This document shows, piece by piece, positions 16,856 through 27,611 of a stretch of DNA of 64,000 nt. The position numbers and the translations under genes are program-made. Origin of the DNA: a bacterium (GTDB lineage Bacteria; Bdellovibrionota_C; UBA2361; CALJRW01); assembly GCA_031385045.1 (NCBI GenBank), contig JANNBC010000024.1, positions 160,001 to 224,000 on the forward strand, given 5' to 3'. The notes below the pieces were generated by a model. The model was not told where the DNA came from. It was given only the letters and a program-made list of their open reading frames with translations, and searched no databases. The stretch's first letter is position 1, and each line of letters begins with the position of its first letter.

Positions 16856-18394
16856 CTACTTACTAAGATTTTTAATCGCAGCTTCTACTGCTAAGCGAGT
16901 CAAAATATCTTGATGGCCGATATATCCCCGCAGTGCCGGGAGTGCAATCGTTGGGTCAATATCACTATTCCCCAGAATTTCAGCAGCTTGGTAACTAATT
17001 TTTGGGTCAGGGCTTCCTAATAAGTTAAGTAGATCAGGAGCTGCGAAGTGCAAACTACCTGTCCAATCTTCGAGGATACGAAGTGTTTTGCGCTGTACTT
17101 GTTCCGACTTATCATTTAGCAAGCGTTTAATTTGCGACTGATAAGCTTGTGTGTTTTCAGTAATTTTAAGTTGAGCTAAAGCATCTAGCGCCTGTAGCTT
17201 AAGTTCTTCTACATTACTATTTAAATCTTGTTGAACACGATTGAAATCGACAATTCCACTACTGCGATCTTTTAAATACCTGGTTAAGTCAACCATTTGA
17301 GCAGAAGATTTTTTGACAAAATCAACAACCTGTTGGTTATCAATTTTATCGGTAAATTTTTCAACTCGATAAAGAGGTAGGTAAAATCTTAAAACAATAA
17401 ACGATAAGAGTGCCATCGTGAAAACAAAGACTCGAGCGTTACGAAAATATTTATGAGTAAATAAAGACTCGAAATTTTTCCAGATGGTGGCTTGTTTTTT
17501 ACTAAGGCAGGCATAAATTTCTTGTTCTAAGTACTTACTGTTAAAAATTCGTTTTTCGGCATCCAGTAAATAGATATTTTCCACAAGTGAATCATTGTTC
17601 TCGGAGTGCTCCTCTCGTTGCTGATTTAGATAATCAATATTTGGCAGTAATTCTATTAAGTCTTGGAGCGGAACTGCAAAGTGCGCTCCTTGTTGTACTT
17701 GTAGATCACAAACAGTTTGGTATATTTTATTTTCTAAGTCCCCCGCTCCAGTTGCCAAGGACTTACTAGTTGCTAAGTAAATTTTTTGGTTATCGCTGAT
17801 ATCATCAATTGCTTGCCCACTAACTTGATATTCGTTGGCAGTGTAGGCCTTAAGGTAACCTTGGATAATTAAATTAAGTAAAATATTACTTAGGAAAATC
17901 ACTTGATTTAGTTTCTCGTCATTCGATTGCGGATAACGGAGATGTTCACTAATTTGAGTCGTGACAGGCTTGAATTTAATTAAAAAATTATATTCTTTCC
18001 AGTCGGAGATAATAATCGAATGAAGCTCAATCCCACCAACGATTTGTTTCTCCCAGATATTTTTATTTGCTGGGTCATAAGCAATTAGTTTTTTTGTGCG
18101 CAGAATAATATAGCCAACTGAAATTGTTAAAAGACTAATTAGAAAAAGTAGTGAGATAGTAAAAATTTCAATAATGACAAAGACGCTGGAAACATAATCT
18201 TCTGGTTGGGCAAGTGGCAGTGTGAAGTAAAGTACTACTAGTCCAATAATAATTAGGCTCCAAGCGAGTCTGCGACTATCTTGATTGGAGATTGTTTTGG
18301 TCACGAAAGGACACTCCCTAGCTTGTAGCAAAGGGCATCTTAAGACCTCCTCACCTATTCTTCGTTCACATTTGCTACAAACCTCTTTGGACAT
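16856..18394 (-). CDS. membrane protein with N-terminal Cys cluster and C-terminal HEAT repeats
   Basis: CxxC...CP...CP; three TM segments; LLNDKSEQVQRK, LLGSPDPKISYQAAEILG HEAT-like repeats. Confidence 0.65.
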   Translation of the reverse strand: MSKEVCSKCERRIGEEVLRCPLLQARECPFVTKTISNQDSRRLAWSLIIIGLVVLYFTLPLAQPEDYVSSVFVIIEIFTISLLFLISLLTISVGYIILRTKKLIAYDPANKNIWEKQIVGGIELHSIIISDWKEYNFLIKFKPVTTQISEHLRYPQSNDEKLNQVIFLSNILLNLIIQGYLKAYTANEYQVSGQAIDDISDNQKIYLATSKSLATGAGDLENKIYQTVCDLQVQQGAHFAVPLQDLIELLPNIDYLNQQREEHSENNDSLVENIYLLDAEKRIFNSKYLEQEIYACLSKKQATIWKNFESLFTHKYFRNARVFVFTMALLSFIVLRFYLPLYRVEKFTDKIDNQQVVDFVKKSSAQMVDLTRYLKDRSSGIVDFNRVQQDLNSNVEELKLQALDALAQLKITENTQAYQSQIKRLLNDKSEQVQRKTLRILEDWTGSLHFAAPDLLNLLGSPDPKISYQAAEILGNSDIDPTIALPALRGYIGHQDILTRLAVEAAIKNLSK

Positions 18395-18486
18395 TGATAT
18401 TTATTGTAAATTACGCTTACTGTAATTGTAAACTAGCTACTATTTTGTTAAAACAATAGCCTACAAAGTATATCATTTAACCTATT

Positions 18487-21400
18487 ATGCAAACGGTAAG
18501 TCCGCAATTAAATCTTTCAGAAATTGATGAACGAGTTTTAAAGTTTTGGCAGGTTGATCAAACTTTTAAAAAGTCTTTGGATCTGCGTAAGGACGCCGAT
18601 AAATTTCTTTTCTACGACGGACCGCCCTTTGCTAGCGGTCTACCACACTACGGTCACCTTTTAGTTGGAACAATGAAGGATATTATTCCTCGTTATCAAA
18701 CAATGCTTGGAAAATCTGTGGATCGTCGTTTTGGATGGGATACTCACGGTCTGCCAATAGAAATGATTATAGAAAAAGAATTGGGTCTTAAGGGCCGCAC
18801 TGATATCTTAGAGTATGGAGTTGATCGTTACAACGAAGCTTGTCGCAGTGGCGTACTCCGTTATGTTGATGAATGGGGAAAAGTTACTAACCGTTTAGGG
18901 CGCTGGGTTGATTTTCAAAATGATTACAAGACCATGGATCCAGATTTTATGGAATCTGTTTGGTGGGTTTTTAAGCAACTTTGGGAAGCTGGTAAAATTT
19001 ATGAAGGCACTAGGTGTATGCCTTACAGCTGGCGTTTAGCTACTCCACTTTCTAACTTTGAAGCCAGTTCAAATTATAAAATGGTGCAGGATCCGGCAAT
19101 TACTGTTGCCTTTAAACTCAAAGAGTCTCCTGATACTAGCTTTCTTGCCTGGACAACTACTCCCTGGACCTTGCCAGCAAATTTTGCACTTTGTCTGAAC
19201 CCTGAGATCACTTATTTAACAATTAAGTCTGGGCAACAGAAATATATTTTAGCCGAAGCTCGTCTGGAAAATTTCTTTAAGAAAGATCAGGTAGAGATTT
19301 TAAAAAGTCAATTAGGTTCTGAGTTATTCAATATTGCCTACGAACCGCTACTTCCCTACTTTGCTTCTGAACAGAAAGCTTTTTATACATTGAATGATAG
19401 CTATGTCACTACACAAGACGGAACTGGCATAGTTCATATTGCTCCAGCACATGGTGAAGATGACCATCGGTTAGGTTTGGCTAATAATCTACCTGTTATT
19501 GATCCAACAGATGCTGAAGGAAATTTCAAACTTGAAGTAACTCACTTTGCGGGACAGAATATCAAAGAAGCCGATAAGGGAATTATTCAGCTCTTAAAAG
19601 ACGAAGGTAAACTTTTTAAATTAGAAACGATAGATCACTCCTATCCTTTTTGTGAGCGATCCAACACGCCATTAATTTATAAAACTATTTCTGCTTGGTA
19701 TGTGAAAGTGGAAGAGTTGCGCGGTGAGATGTTAAAAAACAATGCTGAGATACATTGGGTTCCAGATCACATTAAGGATGGTCGCTTTGGAAAATGGTTA
19801 GAGCAAGCTAGAGATTGGAATATATCTAGGAATCGTTTTTGGGGTAATCCTTTACCAATTTGGAAATGTGATCAAGAAAACTGTGATCAGATGGAATGTT
19901 TAGGCTCTCGCTCTGAATTAGAAACAAAAACAGGGCAAACTGTCGCTGATATTCATAAACACTTTGTTGATCAATTAACTTGGAAATGTACAAATTGTTC
20001 TACCGGGCAGATGAGAAGAATTCCGGAAGTTTTGGATTGTTGGTTTGAGTCTGGTGCAATGCCCTATGCTCAACAGCATTATCCATTTGCCAATAAAGAA
20101 ACATTTGAGACAAATTTCCCAGCTGATTTTATTATCGAGTCATTAGATCAAACTCGAGGTTGGTTTTATACGCTAATGGTCTTGTCCTCTTCAGTTTTTA
20201 AGAAAGCACCTTTTAAAAATTGCATTGTTACTGGAATGGTTCTTGCTGAAGATGGCAAGAAAATGTCCAAGAGCTTGAAGAATTACCCCGACCCGACCCA
20301 TGTTCTTGATCAATATGGTGCTGACGCACTTAGATTATATTTAATTAATTCACCGCTATTAAAAGGTGAAAGTCTCCGCTTTTCTGAGCGCGGTGTGAAG
20401 GAAATTATTCGCAGTGTCTTTTTACCTTTTTGGAATGTTTATTCATTTTTTACAACCTATGCCAATGTAGATAATTATCAGCCAAGTGCGACGCTAACGG
20501 AATCAAAGAATTCTTTAGACACTTGGATACTTTCTCGTTTTCAAAGCTTACTTAATAAGGTTGAAGCTGAGATGAAGGTTTATCAGGTTTATAATGTTGT
20601 GCCATGTCTCTTGGAATTTTTAGAGGATCTAACAAATTGGTATTTGAGAAGATCTCGGCGTCGTTTTTGGTCTGATAATTTGCAAGACAAACAAGATGGC
20701 TACGATACTCTATATTATATATTAGTAGAATTTTCCAAAACCCTAGCACCGTTTTTACCCTTCTTAACTGAAGAGATTTATCAGAATCTTAGAAGTCTTG
20801 AAGTGCCAGGAAAAATATCCATTCACCTGCAAGACTATCCACAGAGTCAGGAAAAGTTTGTAAACTCCAACTTAGAGAGCCAGATGGAGTTAATTAAACT
20901 AACTGTTAGCTTAGGTCGTTCGCTTCGGTCCAATATTAATATCCGTACTCGCCAACCCTTAGCCTCAATAACTGTTGTGACTAAAAATCAAGCCGATGCC
21001 GAAACATTAAAATCCTTCTCTGCCCATATTAAAGAGGAGTTAAATGTTAAGGAAGTTTTATTTTCAGCGAACGAACAAGATTTAGTAGAAATTGAGGTTA
21101 AGCCAGACTTCCCTACTCTTGGACCAATTTTTGGTAAGGAAATGAAAGCTTTGGCAGGGTTCTTAAAGAATCTTTCAGGGGATGATTTGGCTAAGCTAGA
21201 ACGTGGTGAAGAAATAGAATTTATGGATAAAAAAATCCCAGCGACAGCCTTAGATTTACGTCGTAAACCAAAGGCTAAGGACTTGCAAATTGAAACTGCC
21301 AGAGGTGTGACAGTATTCTATGAGACTAAGCTTACCTTAGAATTATTAGAAGAAGGATTAGCGAGAGAGTTTGTAAATCGAGTCCAAAAGATGCGAAAAG

Positions 21401-21609
21401 ATGCTGGTTTTGAAATATCCGATCGAATTCAAATTGCCGTTGATACCAAAACCTTAGAATTAACTGCAGCAATTACTTCTAATTTAGAATACATTAAATC
21501 AGAAGTTCTAGCGACTGAGATCCTAAGTACTTGGGATAGTTTTTCAGCTGAGGCGACGGAAGCACATCAAATCGAAGAGTATCCAATTAACATTGCAATA
21601 TCTAGATAA
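18487..21609 (+). CDS. ileS: isoleucine--tRNA ligase (type 2)
   Basis: DGPPFASGLPHYGH, GWDTHGLP, WTTTPWTL, DWNISRNRFWG, DQTRGWFY, KMSKS; 1040 aa. Confidence 0.97.
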   Translation: MQTVSPQLNLSEIDERVLKFWQVDQTFKKSLDLRKDADKFLFYDGPPFASGLPHYGHLLVGTMKDIIPRYQTMLGKSVDRRFGWDTHGLPIEMIIEKELGLKGRTDILEYGVDRYNEACRSGVLRYVDEWGKVTNRLGRWVDFQNDYKTMDPDFMESVWWVFKQLWEAGKIYEGTRCMPYSWRLATPLSNFEASSNYKMVQDPAITVAFKLKESPDTSFLAWTTTPWTLPANFALCLNPEITYLTIKSGQQKYILAEARLENFFKKDQVEILKSQLGSELFNIAYEPLLPYFASEQKAFYTLNDSYVTTQDGTGIVHIAPAHGEDDHRLGLANNLPVIDPTDAEGNFKLEVTHFAGQNIKEADKGIIQLLKDEGKLFKLETIDHSYPFCERSNTPLIYKTISAWYVKVEELRGEMLKNNAEIHWVPDHIKDGRFGKWLEQARDWNISRNRFWGNPLPIWKCDQENCDQMECLGSRSELETKTGQTVADIHKHFVDQLTWKCTNCSTGQMRRIPEVLDCWFESGAMPYAQQHYPFANKETFETNFPADFIIESLDQTRGWFYTLMVLSSSVFKKAPFKNCIVTGMVLAEDGKKMSKSLKNYPDPTHVLDQYGADALRLYLINSPLLKGESLRFSERGVKEIIRSVFLPFWNVYSFFTTYANVDNYQPSATLTESKNSLDTWILSRFQSLLNKVEAEMKVYQVYNVVPCLLEFLEDLTNWYLRRSRRRFWSDNLQDKQDGYDTLYYILVEFSKTLAPFLPFLTEEIYQNLRSLEVPGKISIHLQDYPQSQEKFVNSNLESQMELIKLTVSLGRSLRSNINIRTRQPLASITVVTKNQADAETLKSFSAHIKEELNVKEVLFSANEQDLVEIEVKPDFPTLGPIFGKEMKALAGFLKNLSGDDLAKLERGEEIEFMDKKIPATALDLRRKPKAKDLQIETARGVTVFYETKLTLELLEEGLAREFVNRVQKMRKDAGFEISDRIQIAVDTKTLELTAAITSNLEYIKSEVLATEILSTWDSFSAEATEAHQIEEYPINIAISR

Positions 21610-22317
21610 GTGACAAATTGCGACTACACGATTTTAATGCCTTGTTTGAATGAAGTTCAGACACTTCCTTTTTGTATTGTGTCAGCCAAAAAAGCAGTTA
21701 CGCGATTATCGGAATTAGGATTAACTGGAGAAATTTTAATTTCAAATCATTTAAGTACTGATGGTAGTAAAGAACTGGCACTGAAATCTGCTTGTCGAGT
21801 AGTTGATTGTCCAACAAGAGGCTATGGAGCCGCTGTTAATTTTGGTGCAAACCATGCTCTCGGCCAAGTAATTGTGATTGGAGATTCAGATGCTTCGTAT
21901 GATTTTGAAGAAGCTGTGCCAATGGTGCAATTATTACTTTCTGGTTTTGATTTCTGTATGGGGACGCGAATTAGAGGTAAGATTATTCCGGGAGCAATGC
22001 CATTTAAGAACCGTTGGCTGGGAGTCCCAGCCCTAACCGCCTTACTTAATCTTTGTTTTCGAACAGGTTTTTCTGATGCTCATTGCGGAATTCGTGGTTT
22101 TAGTAAGATGGCCTTTGATCAGATGAAACTTCAGGCTAATGGTATGGAACAAGCTAGCGAAATGTTAATTCGTGCTAAGCAACTAAAACTTCGCTCAATT
22201 GAAATTCCGGTAACACTTCATCCAGAACTACGCGATCGCCCTCCACATTTAAATCCTTGGAGAGATGGGTTGCGCCATGTCAAGCTTATTCTGCAATATT
22301 ACTTGGCAAGTTTTTGA
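21610..22317 (+). CDS. glycosyltransferase family 2 (DPM-synthase-like)
   Basis: MPCLNE, STDGS, GYG, DSDASY, DAHCGIRGF. Confidence 0.9.
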   Translation: MTNCDYTILMPCLNEVQTLPFCIVSAKKAVTRLSELGLTGEILISNHLSTDGSKELALKSACRVVDCPTRGYGAAVNFGANHALGQVIVIGDSDASYDFEEAVPMVQLLLSGFDFCMGTRIRGKIIPGAMPFKNRWLGVPALTALLNLCFRTGFSDAHCGIRGFSKMAFDQMKLQANGMEQASEMLIRAKQLKLRSIEIPVTLHPELRDRPPHLNPWRDGLRHVKLILQYYLASF

Positions 22318-23000
22318 TAAGTCTCGACGATTTCGACCAAGGTAAAAAATTCTTTGTTGGCCATCCTTTGATAAATTTCGGAGATTACTTCTAAATCTGC
22401 TGCGGTATCTAATGTTAAGCGCTGCTCAATGTCTAATTTCAGTTGCTTAAAGGTGTGGGTCGCAAGGTTAAAATTTTCTGGATGACGATAGTAAAAAGGA
22501 GTTACATGCTCAAGGTCGTACTGTTCTGTTATTTGACTAGCGATTTGCCGAAAGGACTTTGCAGAAAAAATTTCCACGTCAAGTCCAACTGGCACAGTGC
22601 GAATCGGATGACAATTACTAAGATAATCAATCTCTGGTCGATACTCGGAAATCATTTCCTCGATTATTTCTGGAGAGACTAAAGGACAGTCTCCTGTAAT
22701 TCTAATAATTAATTCTGCTTGATATTGATTAATTGCATCTAGGTAGCGAGCAAAGACATTACTTTCTGAGCCGCGATAACAGCCAATCCCCATTTGCTGA
22801 CAAAGCATCTCAATCGGATCGTCTTGTGCTAAATTACTAGTAACAATAATTATCTCAGATAAATTAGCTACTTTTTGTAAACGTCGAATGATTTGTTGAA
22901 GTACAGGTTGGCCATTTAGTAATTTTAAAACTTTTCCTGGGAGACGAGTGGATCCCATTCTAGCTTGAACCATTGCAATAATTTTTAAAGGACAACTCAT
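22299..23000 (-). CDS. acylneuraminate-type cytidylyltransferase (SpsF/PseF-like)
   Basis: QARMGSTRLPGKVL, RITGDCP, EHVTP, RLTLDT. Confidence 0.88.
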   Translation of the reverse strand: MSCPLKIIAMVQARMGSTRLPGKVLKLLNGQPVLQQIIRRLQKVANLSEIIIVTSNLAQDDPIEMLCQQMGIGCYRGSESNVFARYLDAINQYQAELIIRITGDCPLVSPEIIEEMISEYRPEIDYLSNCHPIRTVPVGLDVEIFSAKSFRQIASQITEQYDLEHVTPFYYRHPENFNLATHTFKQLKLDIEQRLTLDTAADLEVISEIYQRMANKEFFTLVEIVETYQKLAK

Positions 23001-24358
23001 GTCTTCCTCTGCAATAAATTAATAATTTTATTTCGGACTATCTCTTCAGGATTACTATCAATTAAATAATAAGGATCATAACGACGAAAAGCTTTTTGCC
23101 AATCTGCTTGATAGAAATTAATAATTTCTGAAATAGATAAATTTTGATCTTCTGGCCAGTAAGGAACTATTCGATTAGCAACAAAACCATTATAATCAAA
23201 CTCGATGTATTCCAAATTGCCCACGTAAACACAAGGATAACCAGCTTTTAGAACTTCAAGTAGCACTCCACTATTACCGACCATTACAAAGTCTACCTGG
23301 GCTAAATCTTCCTGGAGTTTAGTTCCAAAAGTTAATTTAATAAATTTATATTTTTTGGTTAGATGGCTAATATCAGCATTCACGAGAGAGACCGGATGAA
23401 GGCGAATCAAAATTTGCTGTGGAGAAAAATTCTTAATAATATTTTCAATTTGTCTTTCAACTCCAGCAACGTTAGTTGCTCCAGATAGAAAAATTCCTAT
23501 ATTCATTCCTATGGGTTTTAGCTTTTCAAGACGAAGTGGAATCGAGCTTCCAGCAATTCCTTTGTAGGCAACTTCTCCTTCAATTCTGGCACGTTCCGCA
23601 AAGATTTGGTGCATTGCCTCTCCTTGTAATAATAGTAAGGAAAAAGATAGCGGTGGCTTATCAATTTTAACTGGTGGAGCAAAAGAGTGTGAGCAATAAA
23701 TGCTAGGGATTTGCAAACTTTTTGCTGCCCAGACTAGAGCAAGGCAATCAGGACTATAATTTTTAGCAACTAGTACTGCTGAAAAATGATTCTTTTGTAA
23801 TTCTTTTTTAAATCTCAAATAATAACAAATAGTGCTGGCTGCGCGACAAGCTGGCATGAAGTCATAATCTTGATTTAGTTTTCTAATGATTCTTAAATAT
23901 TGGCAACATTTTTTAAATGAACCTAAAGAACTAATTAGTAATTTTAGATTCTCGAGCCGAAAGACTAGCTTCGTAGATTGTTGCGCTGTGCAGACTTTTT
24001 CTGCTTCAGTACATTTATTGATATAGTCTCCCACTGATCTTTCATTGGAAAACGTATAAGTAAAAAGAATTTGGCCTTTTTTCTGTTCTTTAATTATTAA
24101 TGCCAAAAACGATTTTAGACCAAAGGCAGCTAATGCTAGGGAAGAAATCCAGCCCGGCCTTAGGAAGCTATAAAATTGATATACTAGGCGTATGGCTCGA
24201 TTTAGTTTCATTACGTCTTGAAAATCTTTGGCACGAAGTGGGCTATTATCTTCTTGAATGGTTCGGCGCAGGGCAATCAATAGGTGTATTCGACTTCCCA
24301 CTGAAGTAACAGGGTCTTTCTGCGTAAACTCAGATTGTAAATTTAAATTTTTATCCAA
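22997..24358 (-). CDS. putative GT-B fold glycosyl (nonulosonate) transferase
   Basis: ILIRLHP and DFVMVGNSGVLLEVLKAGYP motifs; overlaps the cytidylyltransferase gene. Confidence 0.5.
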   Translation of the reverse strand: MDKNLNLQSEFTQKDPVTSVGSRIHLLIALRRTIQEDNSPLRAKDFQDVMKLNRAIRLVYQFYSFLRPGWISSLALAAFGLKSFLALIIKEQKKGQILFTYTFSNERSVGDYINKCTEAEKVCTAQQSTKLVFRLENLKLLISSLGSFKKCCQYLRIIRKLNQDYDFMPACRAASTICYYLRFKKELQKNHFSAVLVAKNYSPDCLALVWAAKSLQIPSIYCSHSFAPPVKIDKPPLSFSLLLLQGEAMHQIFAERARIEGEVAYKGIAGSSIPLRLEKLKPIGMNIGIFLSGATNVAGVERQIENIIKNFSPQQILIRLHPVSLVNADISHLTKKYKFIKLTFGTKLQEDLAQVDFVMVGNSGVLLEVLKAGYPCVYVGNLEYIEFDYNGFVANRIVPYWPEDQNLSISEIINFYQADWQKAFRRYDPYYLIDSNPEEIVRNKIINLLQRKT

Positions 24359-24458
24359 AAGAAGTATTATCTAAAAGTTTTGATTTATGGATCAGGATCC
24401 AGATTATAATTTGATTGATTTCATCCTTTAACTTATGACACTATAGAAAATTTTCTTA

Positions 24459-25676
24459 ATGAGCTCCAGACTAAAAAAGCTATTTTTACTAATGATTTTG
24501 CTGCTGACTGTCTGGGCTTTTAGTGAATACCTACTAAGGAAAGTCAGCTCGGGGTTAGAATTTAACCTCAGCAAGATTCAATCACTTTCCGATCTAAGAT
24601 CAATGGATTACAGCCCAAAGGGTTTGGAACAAGATTTCTACGGAAATCTTTATCTAACTTTATCAAAGGCAAATGTTGTTGGAAAATTTAATTCCTCTGG
24701 GAAATTACTTGGTTGGTTAGGTTATGATCATAGCCAAGGTAAGTTTGTTAGCAATTGGCAAACTATAGATAAATCAAGTTCCGAGATTCCAGAGTTTGGT
24801 TTTCACTACCCCCATTCTATTAAACTTCATCAAGGCAATCTGTATATCACTGAACATTTTAGCAGTCAGATTAAAAAATTTAATTTAGAAGGCGAATATC
24901 TAGGCACTTTAGGTGTCTTAGAAAATGGGGAAATTAGTTCTGGGTTTTTAAAAGATCGTAGGTTTATAAATAAGGGAGATAAGAATGGTGTTTTTAAAGG
25001 GATTGCTTGCCTTGCTTTTGATCAAGAATCCAATCTTTTTATCTCTGATTATAGTTCGGGAAGCATACTCAAGTTTAATCCCAAGGGAGTTTTTATTGGC
25101 TGGGTTGGTAAACGACTTGATGGCGGTTTTAATAAAACTTGGAGTCAGTTAGGTAGTCCGATACCTTCCAATGAATTTGGTGGCTTTAAAGGATTACATT
25201 CTATTTCATTTGATTCTAAGGGCCTGATTTATGTGAGCGATACTCACAATCATCGCATAGTAAAACTTGATCCAAGTGGTAAAAGTATTGCCTGGTTGGG
25301 AGAAACGATTGATTCACAAATTCCCACTCGATGGTTGGAATTAGATCTAATAACTAAAGCTTCAAGCAAGTTGGGAGGTTTTAATGGGCCAATTGATCTT
25401 ATCTTTGATGCTGAAGATAATCTATTTGTGCTCGAGGCCCTTGGAAATCGAATTCAGAAAATTTGGAATAATGGGCTATCAGGAGGTTGGATTGGTACTA
25501 AGTCTAATGGGCAAGTTGCCTCAAGTTGGTATTTAGGAGATTTGTTGCCTGTCGCAAGTAGTCTACCGGGAGGCTTTAACCTCCCGTATCACCTGATTCA
25601 ACAAGGAAAAGATTTTTTAATAACAGACGTAAATAATCGTCGTATCCAAAGAATAAGTATACCGCATGCTAACTAA
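24459..25676 (+). CDS. NHL-repeat beta-propeller protein, N-terminally anchored
   Basis: repeated F..P..I.FD..G..YVSD..NHRI.K units. Confidence 0.85.
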   Translation: MSSRLKKLFLLMILLLTVWAFSEYLLRKVSSGLEFNLSKIQSLSDLRSMDYSPKGLEQDFYGNLYLTLSKANVVGKFNSSGKLLGWLGYDHSQGKFVSNWQTIDKSSSEIPEFGFHYPHSIKLHQGNLYITEHFSSQIKKFNLEGEYLGTLGVLENGEISSGFLKDRRFINKGDKNGVFKGIACLAFDQESNLFISDYSSGSILKFNPKGVFIGWVGKRLDGGFNKTWSQLGSPIPSNEFGGFKGLHSISFDSKGLIYVSDTHNHRIVKLDPSGKSIAWLGETIDSQIPTRWLELDLITKASSKLGGFNGPIDLIFDAEDNLFVLEALGNRIQKIWNNGLSGGWIGTKSNGQVASSWYLGDLLPVASSLPGGFNLPYHLIQQGKDFLITDVNNRRIQRISIPHAN

Positions 25677-26791
25677 GAAGGCTCTTCTTTCAGCTTCCAT
25701 TCCGTTGCACTCACTCTTTCAAAGATATCAGTATTTACAAAAGTATCTCTGATTCGGTAAAATTCTTCTAACGACATGCCAATGTATTCGCAAAATTCTG
25801 GGACGAATTCAATTTTACCATCAATTTCTTTGATAATTTTTAATCCCGCCTCTCTGGTCAGGCGATTATTTCTGATATGGATATTTACTTGATCGGTTGC
25901 TCGCCCATAGCCATATTTAACCCATTTCAAATGTTCACGAATACCCTCAAAGCGCGAATCAACGTTTTCATTTGGATCCCAACAGCCTGCCCATGCTTTA
26001 TCCAATGCTTTCCAGTTGAGACGATCTTTAATCATTTGTGTGTGCTCAATTGGATCCCATTTAAAAAAATAACCATAGAAGAGTCCTGTCACTTGAGCAT
26101 CTTGTAACTCTTGATCTGTTGGAAAAGATAAGCATTTCAAATCAGCCATGGCGATTTCATCATCGACCATGTCTTCCTCACGAAATCCACGCATGCAACC
26201 AAACTCTTGACGATATCGTCTGTCGAATACTTTTCTTTCGCGGTCCGCAGCAGGGCCTCCATATTCTAATAGCGGATTCTCACCGTAGATAATTAGCGGA
26301 ATTTTATAACTAGTAGCAATCCTAAATGGGAAGGTAAATATTCCGACATGATTGACCCAGTAAGGATCTCCAACAATTTCAAACCCTTTACGCACAAGCT
26401 TGCGTACCATTTTGGGATTCATTGTGAAATGAATATGATCTACCCCAATCTCACGAAGTACATCTAGGTTATATCGACTTCGTTCACAGTGATCGAATTG
26501 ATCGAAGGTTACCGCTAGGGGATTCATTTTATGGACAACCTTCATTTGATAAGCTTGATAGGTGCTGTCCTTGCCTCCACTTACTGGGACAACGCAATCA
26601 TATGTTAGTCCATCAGGCGAGCGATATTCTGTTAGTATTTTTTCAAATTCTTGTTGACGTCCCGACCAGTCGATAGCATTTAATACCCCGTGTTTTCGAT
26701 CTGCTGAGTGGCAAGCATCGCAAATGCCCTGGTCATCAAAATATATATCTGGTTTAGTGTCAGGGAAAAGACAAAGGTTACAATATTTCAT
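25673..26791 (-). CDS. N-acetyl sugar amidotransferase (PseA/WbuX family)
   Basis: C..C..PDTKP, C.AC, PP-loop VSGGKDS, YGEN, KYGYGRATD. Confidence 0.9.
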   Translation of the reverse strand: MKYCNLCLFPDTKPDIYFDDQGICDACHSADRKHGVLNAIDWSGRQQEFEKILTEYRSPDGLTYDCVVPVSGGKDSTYQAYQMKVVHKMNPLAVTFDQFDHCERSRYNLDVLREIGVDHIHFTMNPKMVRKLVRKGFEIVGDPYWVNHVGIFTFPFRIATSYKIPLIIYGENPLLEYGGPAADRERKVFDRRYRQEFGCMRGFREEDMVDDEIAMADLKCLSFPTDQELQDAQVTGLFYGYFFKWDPIEHTQMIKDRLNWKALDKAWAGCWDPNENVDSRFEGIREHLKWVKYGYGRATDQVNIHIRNNRLTREAGLKIIKEIDGKIEFVPEFCEYIGMSLEEFYRIRDTFVNTDIFERVSATEWKLKEEPS

Positions 26792-26997
26792 AGTTACAAA
26801 TTAATTCATTGATCTAATTATTGGATCCCATCATAAAGCTTTTGCTATCTTTACTTCAAGACTAAAACTTACTATTCTTTAAACCTTGTGGTCTGAGAAT
26901 ATTTCCTTGTCTAAGTAGTATTCTAGAGCTTTTTGACTGGCCTCATCCTCCGTTTTCGCTAGTAAGATATTGGCAAGCTTTTATTTAAAAAATTTTC

Positions 26998-27603
26998 ATG
27001 TCTACGCAAGTAGTAGTAATTGATTATCAAATGGGCAATACCTGCTCAGTCCTAAAGGCTCTAAATCGCCTTGGTGTTAGTCATCAACTTTCCGCCAACC
27101 CAGATGTCATTCGTGATGCTTCTCATTTAATCCTACCAGGGGTGGGTCATTTTGAAACTGGTAGTAGAAATCTTCAAGTAAATAACCTCAATCAATTAAT
27201 TTTAGAACATGCCAACGCGAAACCACTCTTAGGAATTTGTCTGGGTATGCAATTATTATTTAATAGTAGTGCAGAGGCTCCTGGGGCTCCTGGACTAGGA
27301 TTAATTGATGGGCACTTTGATCGTTTTCAAGTCAAACTAAAAGTTCCACATATCGGTTGGAATGAGATCCGCGGCGATAACCTCCCAGCTATCTTTAAAG
27401 ACATCCCAAGTCATACTAATTTTTATTTCGTTCATAGCTATTATGCTATTTTAAATGAATCGTTAGCTGTTTCGGAAACAGATTATGAAATTAATTTTGT
27501 TTCTGCGGTGCAAAAAAATAAAATATTTGGTACCCAGTTTCATCCTGAGAAAAGTCAAAGTGCCGGACTAAAAATATTAAAGAATTTTATAGAATTTAAC
27601 TAG
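26998..27603 (+). CDS. hisH: HisH-like glutamine amidotransferase (sugar acetamidino modification paralog, WbuY-type)
   Basis: LPGVGHF, LGICLGMQ, VPHIGWN, YFVHSY, QFHPEKS; located in a sugar locus. Confidence 0.88.
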   Translation: MSTQVVVIDYQMGNTCSVLKALNRLGVSHQLSANPDVIRDASHLILPGVGHFETGSRNLQVNNLNQLILEHANAKPLLGICLGMQLLFNSSAEAPGAPGLGLIDGHFDRFQVKLKVPHIGWNEIRGDNLPAIFKDIPSHTNFYFVHSYYAILNESLAVSETDYEINFVSAVQKNKIFGTQFHPEKSQSAGLKILKNFIEFN

Positions 27604-27611
27604 AAGGCGCT

